The notes below the pieces were generated by a model. That model did no database searches, was not told where the DNA came from, and saw nothing but the letters and a program-made list of their open reading frames with translations. A DNA stretch of 64,000 nt from a virus. Within the stretch, counting starts at the first letter, position 1. Each line of letters starts with the position of its first letter. Positions 8,111 to 16,573 of the stretch are shown here, one piece after another. The position numbers were made by a program, and so were the translations under genes. Location of the stretch: IMG/VR virus record IMGVR_UViG_3300028845_000328; one strand, given 5' to 3'.

Positions 8111-9967
8111 ATGGGAAAAATTGCAGACGCTGTCACACGGGCGACGGGTGGATATGCTCCTACAGGGATATATTCACTTGAATTTCTTACAAAATCAGGA
8201 ATATTTTCAGGGATCCCGCTTGGTGAATATTTCTTTCTTCTCGGCCTGGAAAGAATGGAACAATCTTATAATTATAACATATCCGTTAAACCGACATACG
8301 GTGGGACAGCGATTGTAGATAACGGGAATTCAACCTCTGACATCAATTTATCAGGTCAATTCTGGGGTCATTATCAAGGTGCACCTGTCAGAAAACCAAT
8401 GGGTGGATTACTAGGGATTGCAGGGGCTGCTTTGGGAGAATTGGAAAAACTTAATCCGTTCAAAAAATCCGGATTTCTGGATTTCCTCGATTTAGTCTAT
8501 CTCATGCAAGAAATTCGGGACGATGAAAAGACATTTTCAAGAGTCCCCAGTTTCTCTCCATTCTACCCAACTGCGTTTGACATATACCTCAAAGGGAATT
8601 TCTACTCCCCTTTCAATTTTGAAGATGTTCAAATGGTTTTTCATGATTATGATAGAGACGCCCATTGGGAAGTTGTATTTTCTCCAAAAGGCGGGTTCAA
8701 AATATCTCAGTCAAAAGATGACCCATTCACATATTATTTTTCACTTAGCCTGATCGGGGTAAAGGATGTTTCATCAATAGCTCCATTCAGAAGAATGCCA
8801 CTACCAGACCCTAAATCAATGGTCAGAAATGTTCTAACTGGAATAAATGATCTTTTTTCGGATTTATCTGAACCGTTAAAATATCTAGCAAGCGTAGCTG
8901 ACCTATACCACGATATTGCAGGCTTGGCAGAGAATCTAAAAAAGGATTTGAGGGCGTTCGAAGCTACAAATAAGGAATCTATCCGGACGCTTCAAAAAGC
9001 AGGAGGCCCACTAAGGAAAAAGTGTAATCAATTTCAAGAATTGGTTACGCAACTATTTTTCGCTGGTCAGACTACCCCATCGCTTGCAGGAATAGACCAA
9101 CCCTCTAGTCCATTGACGACCTCATCGTCACCAGATGAAATTGCTGCAGGAGACAAAGGAGTTCCTACGAATCTTACCGACAATGTCCTCACCGATGCAA
9201 ATGGAAACGGGAATTTAATAGAAACAGATATTGCATTAGACCAAACAGTCCAGGATGTAACTTCTTTACAGATTGAACTCGAAAATCTAAATGCAGCTTT
9301 AATTCTTCTCGATAATGCAAATCTTTCCGCAAATTACTCATACGAAACTTTCTCTCCGGGTATGACTTTAGAAAATCTTGCAATTAAATATTATGGATCA
9401 ATAGGCGGAATAACTCAACTAATTCAGGATAACGGAAAATTATTTATAGGGAAGAAAATTGAGGATATTTATGGATTGCAAATCAGAGTCCCTTCCAAAA
9501 AATCTTATAATTCTATCGATACCGGGGTAATTACGGAACAACGGATTCTTAATGATTCGGATTCCAAGAAAACGCAAGAAATATTAGAATCATGGTTTTT
9601 CGGCGAAGATATTGCTTTCGATAGGGAACGCGATATTGAGGTTTCAAACGGGGACTTAGGTACTACCGTAGGTCTTGATTGCTTGGTAGACAACACTCTC
9701 GACAAAATGCGAATTATGCCCGGACAAATTCCTGCCCATCCGGATTTAGGAGCAATGGTCAGACCTGGCTCTGTCCCAGACAATTTTTTAAATCTTGTTA
9801 TTCCAAAGAAGATTCTAGCAAATATTGAAACTGATCTTGGAATACAGTCAGCAAGTATTATATCTCTTGAAATTAATGCTGATAAGGTTGAATATGTCGT
9901 TCAAATTACGCCGATAGGAGGGTTCAAATCATTCACATTGAGGCGTGTCAGGGGAATTGAAGAGTGA
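8111..9967 (+). CDS. Tail tube-initiator-like / LysM-like / gp25-like baseplate fusion protein
   Basis: LysM/gpX-like PGMTLENLAIKYYGS; C-terminal GDLGTTVGLDCL...AHPDLG...DLGIQS gp25-like segment. Confidence 0.6.
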   Translation: MGKIADAVTRATGGYAPTGIYSLEFLTKSGIFSGIPLGEYFFLLGLERMEQSYNYNISVKPTYGGTAIVDNGNSTSDINLSGQFWGHYQGAPVRKPMGGLLGIAGAALGELEKLNPFKKSGFLDFLDLVYLMQEIRDDEKTFSRVPSFSPFYPTAFDIYLKGNFYSPFNFEDVQMVFHDYDRDAHWEVVFSPKGGFKISQSKDDPFTYYFSLSLIGVKDVSSIAPFRRMPLPDPKSMVRNVLTGINDLFSDLSEPLKYLASVADLYHDIAGLAENLKKDLRAFEATNKESIRTLQKAGGPLRKKCNQFQELVTQLFFAGQTTPSLAGIDQPSSPLTTSSSPDEIAAGDKGVPTNLTDNVLTDANGNGNLIETDIALDQTVQDVTSLQIELENLNAALILLDNANLSANYSYETFSPGMTLENLAIKYYGSIGGITQLIQDNGKLFIGKKIEDIYGLQIRVPSKKSYNSIDTGVITEQRILNDSDSKKTQEILESWFFGEDIAFDRERDIEVSNGDLGTTVGLDCLVDNTLDKMRIMPGQIPAHPDLGAMVRPGSVPDNFLNLVIPKKILANIETDLGIQSASIISLEINADKVEYVVQITPIGGFKSFTLRRVRGIEE

Positions 9968-11454
9968 ACGAAGTTTATTCCACGAAGTCTCATTTTGATG
10001 TAATTGTTCTCCAATTCAAACCGGATAATCCTGCAAATTTAAGTAGTCGTTTCAAGACGGATGAAATTCAGGAGATCGGATCAGGAATCAAGATTCCTAC
10101 CGAGTTCATAAACTCACTTTCCTATTCTGACCATATCGAAAATAGCTCATTCTCAATTTCAATTTCTGATGGCGGAATGAAATGGATTGAAACACTAACC
10201 GGGAAAATCCGATTAAGGGAAATTTTAGACGAAGGGACAATCATCGTAATTACAGAGAACGGAAATAAGAAATTTGCAGGTAGGGTTAATTCAATTACTG
10301 ATTTAGGAAGCATTGAGGGTGAGGAAAACTATAAAGTTTCTGGAGGCGGTCTGGAGACTGCAATTAGTGAACAAACAATTTTTATAGATTATTCAGACGA
10401 AACAAAATCTACACTCGAAAAAACACCCGGAGTTGCGACGAATCTATCGGGAAAGATAAAAGCAGTTCTGAAAGAAATTGTAAAAGTAATCACAAATGCA
10501 AAAAACCCTACACTAATGCTCAAGAGTTTGTGCGATGCTGCAATCAATCAGTTATTGTCAAACGGGAAATACGGAGGATACCTTTTTAAACATATTTTAG
10601 ATTATGCCAATGGAACTTTGTCAAATGACACATACTCCAATAATTTTCTACATACACTTCAATGGCTAAACCAAGTTGGTTTTGGGAATACAATTTCATT
10701 CTGGAACTTAATGACTTCAATTGCCAAACCTCCATTATACGAGCTATTTGTTCATTATGATTCTGCAAGTGATTTGCATATAGATTCAGAGAAGACATTG
10801 GGAAAAAATGGGGAACTAACAGGGATAGATACAAGTATTTCAGCGCCTTTTGGTTACCTGGTTTTCCGGAAAACTCCACTAGACAAAATAAGAAATGAAT
10901 CCACGGATACCGGATTTGCGGTGAAAGTCCCTTGCAATATTTTAAGTTCCTTTGATTTTTCGTCTTCAACAAATAATATCTTTTCAGGAGTTCATATAAA
11001 TCTTGGTATTCTTGACAATATGACTTCTCTTGTCCTTAACCCTGTTACCTACAACCCAGTTTTACTTGGGAAATTCGGGCAGAGAGTTTTTAATGTAACG
11101 TTGGACGGGATCGGTTTTCCCAAGGACGCAACGACTGAAGCAGACAAAAAATCATTCAAGGATAAGATTGCTTCAATTCAGGATTTGCTTTATTCTGTTT
11201 TTGGTCAGGGTGACAGAATTGTGTCAGGATCAATTCACGGAACCTATATGAGAGGGATTTGCAAGGGACAATACATGGAAATTGTTTCCCCAAATGAAAT
11301 GGATTCTTTACCCAAACGATTGAGGCGGTATGACCCGCACTTTTATATCACAGGAGTCGATGTTACTTGGTCTCCTGGTTCAGGAATGGCAGATATGACA
11401 CTATCGGTAAAATGGGGAAGGAAATCTAACAGGAAAGAGGATTCAAGCTTTTAG
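9964..11454 (+). CDS. Baseplate hub protein (gp27/gpD-like)
   Basis: Size, position and beta-rich C-terminal fold pattern (FYITGVDVTW...MTLSVKWG); translationally coupled to the upstream gene. Confidence 0.55.
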   Translation: MNEVYSTKSHFDVIVLQFKPDNPANLSSRFKTDEIQEIGSGIKIPTEFINSLSYSDHIENSSFSISISDGGMKWIETLTGKIRLREILDEGTIIVITENGNKKFAGRVNSITDLGSIEGEENYKVSGGGLETAISEQTIFIDYSDETKSTLEKTPGVATNLSGKIKAVLKEIVKVITNAKNPTLMLKSLCDAAINQLLSNGKYGGYLFKHILDYANGTLSNDTYSNNFLHTLQWLNQVGFGNTISFWNLMTSIAKPPLYELFVHYDSASDLHIDSEKTLGKNGELTGIDTSISAPFGYLVFRKTPLDKIRNESTDTGFAVKVPCNILSSFDFSSSTNNIFSGVHINLGILDNMTSLVLNPVTYNPVLLGKFGQRVFNVTLDGIGFPKDATTEADKKSFKDKIASIQDLLYSVFGQGDRIVSGSIHGTYMRGICKGQYMEIVSPNEMDSLPKRLRRYDPHFYITGVDVTWSPGSGMADMTLSVKWGRKSNRKEDSSF

Positions 11455-11816
11455 AATTCCAACTTAGAATACCAATCCTCAAGTTCTTCATCTGAAGAAG
11501 TTTTCCGGAAAGCATGGTTTGTAAAATTGCATCCACAATTGGGGTGAGATGTGGCACATAGCCAATAGTCCTCCGGGGAACGGCCTACATTATTCTTTCC
11601 GGGCCATACTGCAATTGTTACACCATTTGGGTCATTAATTACAGAGTCATCCCCTCCATAATAATCAGACGATTCGAAGTCATCCCTACTTTTGAAAACT
11701 CTAGCAACAGTCCCCCAATGGCTAGAGCAAAAAACACAGGAAACCCTTTTTTTTCCCTTCAAAAATTCGTGCGTATGCGTTTCCGGTTCGTCTTTATAAT
11801 TATCCCAAAAGTTCAA
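11451..11816 (-). CDS. Stand-alone MuF-like C-terminal Cys/His module
   Basis: CVFC ... WPGKNNVGR ... HPNCGC; N-terminal EFLKG tag. Confidence 0.55.
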   Translation of the reverse strand: MNFWDNYKDEPETHTHEFLKGKKRVSCVFCSSHWGTVARVFKSRDDFESSDYYGGDDSVINDPNGVTIAVWPGKNNVGRSPEDYWLCATSHPNCGCNFTNHAFRKTSSDEELEDWYSKLEF

Positions 11817-12544
11817 TAGTGTTTCACCATTTCCGATAATATTTTTGAAAGATTATTTTTTGATGTAGTTAAATCTGAGTTCAATGAGGTGAAGGTGGCT
11901 GCGTTATTCGGAACTCCCGATGGATTTCCTGGAGCGCTACATGTCACGGTTATCAGTTTTATGGCATCATTCATAGCTTTGATTGTGTCAATCAACTGTT
12001 CTAACTGTGTTTTCAAGGTCTCTCCCTGCACTGCCTTTTCGAGTGAATTTATTGCTGGAGGGGAATTGACATTGATTTGAAATCGTATGGCTCCGGTTTT
12101 ATCTACGTGCTTCAAAATACCCTGATCCGCCCAAATCGTTTTATGGCCTGACTCATGACCGGCAGAGGTTTCATCCGGCTTATAATCGGTATTCGCATTT
12201 AGGTGCGCTTTTGTTGCCCGTCCTCCGTCAAACGGATAGACCTTTGTTATGATAGGATTGTCTCGCCTGTTTTGCAGGAATTCGACAAGAACAAATTGTC
12301 CAACGTAAAATCCATTTTTGAATCCAGATTGAAATCCTTTTTTACCATAATAAGGACCAGGTAAACGCAGCTTTTCGATCACTTGCCCATTGTGTAATTT
12401 CACATCGCAGCGATATTTAAGCTTAGGATATAATTTCCAGATTTGTCCAGGCTCCGGCCCGTTTAGAGCTGATGGCATTGACGGATTGCGTGCGTCCCAC
12501 TGAACAACTTGCCGTGGTCTGAATGATTCAAATAAATCCGACAT
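11813..12544 (-). CDS. Baseplate central spike (gpV-like)
   Basis: OB-fold-like N-terminus GQFVLVEFLQNRRDNPII; HESGH motif; AVQGETLK pattern. Confidence 0.7.
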   Translation of the reverse strand: MSDLFESFRPRQVVQWDARNPSMPSALNGPEPGQIWKLYPKLKYRCDVKLHNGQVIEKLRLPGPYYGKKGFQSGFKNGFYVGQFVLVEFLQNRRDNPIITKVYPFDGGRATKAHLNANTDYKPDETSAGHESGHKTIWADQGILKHVDKTGAIRFQINVNSPPAINSLEKAVQGETLKTQLEQLIDTIKAMNDAIKLITVTCSAPGNPSGVPNNAATFTSLNSDLTTSKNNLSKILSEMVKHY

Positions 12545-12551
12545 AGATTGT

Positions 12552-12582
12552 GACTGTATTCATGCTTTATTCGGGCAATCAA
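12552..12582 (-). promoter_or_regulatory. Degenerate promoter TTGATT-N18-TACAGTC ahead of the spike gene
   Basis: 7 nt upstream of an SD-less ATG at 12544; only a partial match to the late motif and could be sigma70-type. Confidence 0.35.
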
Positions 12583-12608
12583 GCAAAATTCTGTTTGTAC
12601 TTTTAATA

Positions 12609-12637
12609 TTGAAATAAAATTATTGGTAAATTACAGT
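12609..12637 (+). promoter_or_regulatory. sigma70-like promoter TTGAAA-N17-TACAGT
   Basis: Canonical spacing, upstream of ATG 12656. Confidence 0.5.
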
Positions 12638-12655
12638 AGAAGTTGAGACGATTAT

Positions 12656-12919
12656 ATGAACATGAAATTGAATAGGTACGATATTAGTAAGATTCAAAAA
12701 TTACGGTATAAAACTGGAAAGAAAATTTTAGAACTGGAAATCAAAGAAGAACTTCCTTTTTTTGCATTCAAAATAGATCACCCACACAATCTCGAAGGCG
12801 AGAATCACCCGGTTCATGTTTTGAATAATTTAAGAGAAGCAATTCTGAAGGTACAGCAACTTAGCCTATTTAATGTCTCCATTGAAATAGACTTTGATGA
12901 GTCCCTTGAAAAGGATTGA
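12656..12919 (+). CDS. Island paralog 1 (unknown function)
   Basis: MKLNRYDISKIQKLRY ... VSIEIDF, shared with paralogs 2 and 3. Confidence 0.7.
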   Translation: MNMKLNRYDISKIQKLRYKTGKKILELEIKEELPFFAFKIDHPHNLEGENHPVHVLNNLREAILKVQQLSLFNVSIEIDFDESLEKD

Positions 12920-13357
12920 TCAAAATCCGAATACTTTGAACTTTTGCATTACTCCAAGCAAAATCAGAATAATACTCAAGCTCATTAAAAGATAAACCAA
13001 AATCAGATAAAATCTCTTTCTTGCATATATTTTCGCAATAGCTTCTTTTATATCTAATGGCTTATGCTTACTTACCTTACTTTCAATCGGCATAATTGAA
13101 ATGAATGAAAGAGTCATCGTGAGAAATAATATCAAAAGGGTTGTTACATATAAAGACGAAGGGAATCCTTCCATCTTATCGTTAATTGCAAACATGATCG
13201 AAAAGAGAGCAACCGAAAATGTAAATAGCCTGTTCAGGCTATCATTCAATACAAGAAGACTTTCTTTCGGGAACTGCAACGCCCATTCAGAATAAAAAGC
13301 ATTTTCAGGGGATGGTGGTGTCGATAGAAATATCTTTTCCTTAATTTTCTTTTTCAT
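12920..13357 (-). CDS. 3-TM membrane protein
   Basis: Three hydrophobic helices; its stop abuts the stop of paralog 1. Confidence 0.6.
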   Translation of the reverse strand: MKKKIKEKIFLSTPPSPENAFYSEWALQFPKESLLVLNDSLNRLFTFSVALFSIMFAINDKMEGFPSSLYVTTLLILFLTMTLSFISIMPIESKVSKHKPLDIKEAIAKIYARKRFYLILVYLLMSLSIILILLGVMQKFKVFGF

Positions 13358-13538
13358 TTATAACCTCAATGAATTGAATAGGATTTCCGCACTTATTACA
13401 CTGTCCAGTACAAATTCTTTGTCTTGGTATTTCAAGAGATTTTTTTGTTTTCATGAAAGTTTCCATCACTTCAAGCTCATCAATGTTATATTCCCCTACG
13501 TTTTGACAATTCCAGCATGTTATTTTAATAGATTTCAT
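13341..13538 (-). CDS. Small Zn-finger protein
   Basis: CWNC ... CNKC; overlaps the start of the 3-TM gene. Confidence 0.55.
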   Translation of the reverse strand: MKSIKITCWNCQNVGEYNIDELEVMETFMKTKKSLEIPRQRICTGQCNKCGNPIQFIEVINEKEN

Positions 13539-13652
13539 TTTCTGATTATCGGATATTTCTGGAAGAGAGACAGATTGTTTTTCATTTCCAAAAAAGGATT
13601 TGTACTTCCATCCGGAAAAATATTACTGTTTTATTTCATTGGAGACGAAAAT

Positions 13653-13937
13653 ATGAAAGTGAGAGTAAACCGCTACAAAATTGCAGATATTGAAAAAATC
13701 CGTTATGTAATCAAGGGGAAAGAATTTGACAAGACAGTCGAATTGCCACTTAAAAGGAAATTATCACAATTTGACTTAGATAACCGAGAGGCTCAGGAGT
13801 CTTTGTCAATGATCCTGAAAATAAACAATTTCATAGACGCACTAAAAGAACTTACCAAAGTTACTGAAATTGAGCTTGAGGTAGAATTCCCGGACGAGGA
13901 AAAGTATCACAAAGAAAGAGGATCCCGAAATGAATGA
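13653..13937 (+). CDS. Island paralog 2 (unknown function, 94 aa)
   Basis: Start re-called at ATG 13653 with a GGAG SD; MKVRVNRYKIADIEKIRY ... IELEVEF. Confidence 0.7.
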   Translation: MKVRVNRYKIADIEKIRYVIKGKEFDKTVELPLKRKLSQFDLDNREAQESLSMILKINNFIDALKELTKVTEIELEVEFPDEEKYHKERGSRNE

Positions 13938-14121
13938 GAAATTAGAAAAAGAAATGAATGAATGCCACTCATGGATTTTACCAAAAGGGACACTCATTCA
14001 TTATGAAGGGATTCCTTATCGCTTAGGGATGGATACCGATGTGTTCGGGAATACTCCGATTCAACCGGATATGACTTATCCATCTGATGACGAGATAAAG
14101 AAATTTTTTAAAGATTTATAG
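13930..14121 (+). CDS. Hypothetical protein
   Basis: Track ORF overlapping the paralog 2 stop. Confidence 0.5.
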   Translation: MNEKLEKEMNECHSWILPKGTLIHYEGIPYRLGMDTDVFGNTPIQPDMTYPSDDEIKKFFKDL

Positions 14122-14198
14122 GTTTTTCTTTACCCATTCAGATAACCTCATCCGGAATTAAGCCTCTAATATCTGATAAAAATATAGCAGAAAAATGG

Positions 14199-15182
14199 TT
14201 ATTCTTTTTTTTCTGGAGAATGCCCTAATAATTTTTGTTCGCTATTTTTTAATAATTTATTTTTGTCTTTGAAGTTAGGAATATCGAAAATTGGATCATT
14301 ATCTTTATCATCTTCAATAGCTTTATATATTTCTAACCCTTTATCAATAAGTTTACTCATTTCCTCTATAGAAAATTTCAGATTATTTTTGTAATCATTG
14401 ATTTCAGTATCACTTTTTTTATTAATAGTATCTGGATATTTTTTTTCAATTTCAGACAATGCCGTGTTAGTTCGCTCAAGTAAACTAGCCTCGTAATTTG
14501 TCTTTATTATTTTTAAAAATTCTTCTTGTGCTGCATGACTGGCATTATAAGATTTTATCATTACCTCCATAGTTTTAGCCTGATGATAATCTTTAATATA
14601 TAAATCGAAACTTTGCCTTACTACTTGAGTGAAAATAAAAATACCAACAGCAGTTGATACATAAATATTAATCCACTTTGAACCCACATCAAAGCCTGTT
14701 ATCTCTATTTCGGATTCTCCAAACAATGGAAGTAAAACTATTTTGTCCATTGTATTAAAGAAATTAGAATAGTCGGAAAAGCCTTTTAACTGAGGAAGTA
14801 AAATACTGAAAGAATCCAAATCACTTTTAATAATTTGATCTTCTAAAATTTCTTTAAGGAGAGTTGCATTTGTAACAATACTGCTAATAGAATTTTGGAT
14901 AGAGTTAGCAGTCCCGGTATCAATATTTATTGCATCTAATTTGAGATTATTAAATGGTTCAAATTTAAAAATAGATTCAATCTTCCCTGTAAAAGAGGAT
15001 ATATTTGATAATTCCTTAAATGATTCGAAAGCTTTTTCTAAATTAGAGATACGAGTAATTTGACTATTTATTGTTTTGTATTCTATTTTCTGTATAGGTG
15101 GAATGTTATTATTAAGTAAATCTAAAGTATCTTTTAATCTCATATTTCCACGTAAAACTTTTAAAATTGATTTGTCAAGCAC
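14199..15182 (-). CDS. AT-rich accessory protein of unknown function
   Basis: 327-aa ORF, visibly lower GC than its flanks; no motif recognised. Confidence 0.65.
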   Translation of the reverse strand: MLDKSILKVLRGNMRLKDTLDLLNNNIPPIQKIEYKTINSQITRISNLEKAFESFKELSNISSFTGKIESIFKFEPFNNLKLDAINIDTGTANSIQNSISSIVTNATLLKEILEDQIIKSDLDSFSILLPQLKGFSDYSNFFNTMDKIVLLPLFGESEIEITGFDVGSKWINIYVSTAVGIFIFTQVVRQSFDLYIKDYHQAKTMEVMIKSYNASHAAQEEFLKIIKTNYEASLLERTNTALSEIEKKYPDTINKKSDTEINDYKNNLKFSIEEMSKLIDKGLEIYKAIEDDKDNDPIFDIPNFKDKNKLLKNSEQKLLGHSPEKKE

Positions 15183-15327
15183 ATCAAAAAATTACTTGAA
15201 TCCTAAAACTAACCTCTCAAATTCTGGTCATTATGAAAAAAATCATCCTATTCCTGATTTCTTTCTTGTACAATTCTAACTGCATCCAAGAAATTGTCTT
15301 ATTCAATAATCAGAGGATACCGTTAAT

Positions 15328-15621
15328 ATGAAAATGAAACTACACCGATACAACCTAAAAGAAATCAAAAAGTTAAGATATACACTAAAGCAAGATGGGA
15401 AAATCATAGAATTAGATTTGGATAAAAGAATAGAAGTCCGGGATTTATATAATCCGCCATATCCGCCACCTGAGTTTATAGGGCATACACATCGACTTCT
15501 GAATGAACTTAAAGCAATTCAAGAAAGCAATCAAGTTGAAATCGAAATAGAATTTCAGGAAAATAATTTTGAATTTTTACAAGAACTATTTAATGATAAT
15601 ATAAAATCCAAAGAGGCATGA
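15328..15621 (+). CDS. Island paralog 3 (unknown function)
   Basis: MKMKLHRYNLKEIKKLRY ... VEIEIEF; GAGG SD. Confidence 0.7.
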   Translation: MKMKLHRYNLKEIKKLRYTLKQDGKIIELDLDKRIEVRDLYNPPYPPPEFIGHTHRLLNELKAIQESNQVEIEIEFQENNFEFLQELFNDNIKSKEA

Positions 15622-15622
15622 A

Positions 15623-16501
15623 ATGAAAATATTAATCCTAGCACTCACACTCCTACTAACCCTCCACCTCTTCCCGCAGTCAGAAGCTCCGAAAACACAG
15701 CCTGAGAAAGAACAGAGTCCCCAGGAAACCGAAAACCAAGAGCCTGCCAAAAGCGCAGAGGAACTCGCCGAGGAAAAACGCAAGGCAGAGTTTGAAGCCG
15801 AAAAGAAAAAAATTGTCTCAATCTGGGAAAGGGATTCCCAAACAATTCTTGGTATCATTGGAGAGTTTTTATTAGCGAGTCGAGAAAATATGAACGCTAC
15901 TGAATTGCAAAAAATTGAAAATAAAAAACAATTTAAGCAAAAACTAAAAGAGTTAAATAAGAAATATTATGGAGCTACTATAAAACTGGAACGTGTTATT
16001 CTCAGTGAAGTAAACGAAGAAACAAGATTTACTGATTATGGGAAAAAGTATATTAAAAAGATAATATCAGAACTCAAGGGCGACCCATCCAAAAACAGTA
16101 TTTTGCTATTAGGTGAAGATATATCAAAGAATATTGTTTTAGGCTTTTATTTAATGTCACAAATAAAAGCCTGCCAGAAATGTGAAGAAAAAACTGGTTA
16201 TTTTGAGGCAATATATGAGATACCAATGCCCACATTTAATGAATTGGAAAATAGAATTTCATATTCCAACACTGGAATTAAACTTAAAATTTGCGATACA
16301 AAATACTGTTATATAAATAGCAGCGATAGAAATTATTGTGAAGGCGTAACCGATGATTACTGTGGACTTCTTTCCGTAAAAATAAAGAAAACAATAAAAA
16401 CAAAACAGAAAGCCCTCTCTTTAGAAAAGGGCAAAATTTACCATCTCAATTCTAAGATAAGCTATTTTAATGAAAATATGGAAATGATCATAGACGATTA
16501 A
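15623..16501 (+). CDS. Exported protein with signal peptide
   Basis: MKILILALTLLLTLHLFPQS signal-like N-terminus, Q/E/P linker, several Cys in the C-terminal half. Confidence 0.6.
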   Translation: MKILILALTLLLTLHLFPQSEAPKTQPEKEQSPQETENQEPAKSAEELAEEKRKAEFEAEKKKIVSIWERDSQTILGIIGEFLLASRENMNATELQKIENKKQFKQKLKELNKKYYGATIKLERVILSEVNEETRFTDYGKKYIKKIISELKGDPSKNSILLLGEDISKNIVLGFYLMSQIKACQKCEEKTGYFEAIYEIPMPTFNELENRISYSNTGIKLKICDTKYCYINSSDRNYCEGVTDDYCGLLSVKIKKTIKTKQKALSLEKGKIYHLNSKISYFNENMEMIIDD

Positions 16502-16573
16502 CTCTTCTGTGATCATTGCTTTCGAGATATACAGTAAAATTTTTCTTTTTTTAGACCTGTATGACCAATTCTT

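Noticed and set aside
10390-10425. Extra GACGAAA hits inside genes (also near 13644, 42631)
   Set aside because: No TTG-type -35 at 17-18 bp spacing, so not counted as late-motif copies
8052-11454. Invertible tail cassette (Gin/Cin-type shufflon)
   Set aside because: No inverted repeats at the junctions and no invertase seen; the genes are hub and wedge, not fibre tips
13374-13652. N-terminal 93 aa of track ORF 13374..13937
   Set aside because: Overlaps the minus-strand Zn-finger gene; the paralog alignment and a GGAG SD place the start at 13653
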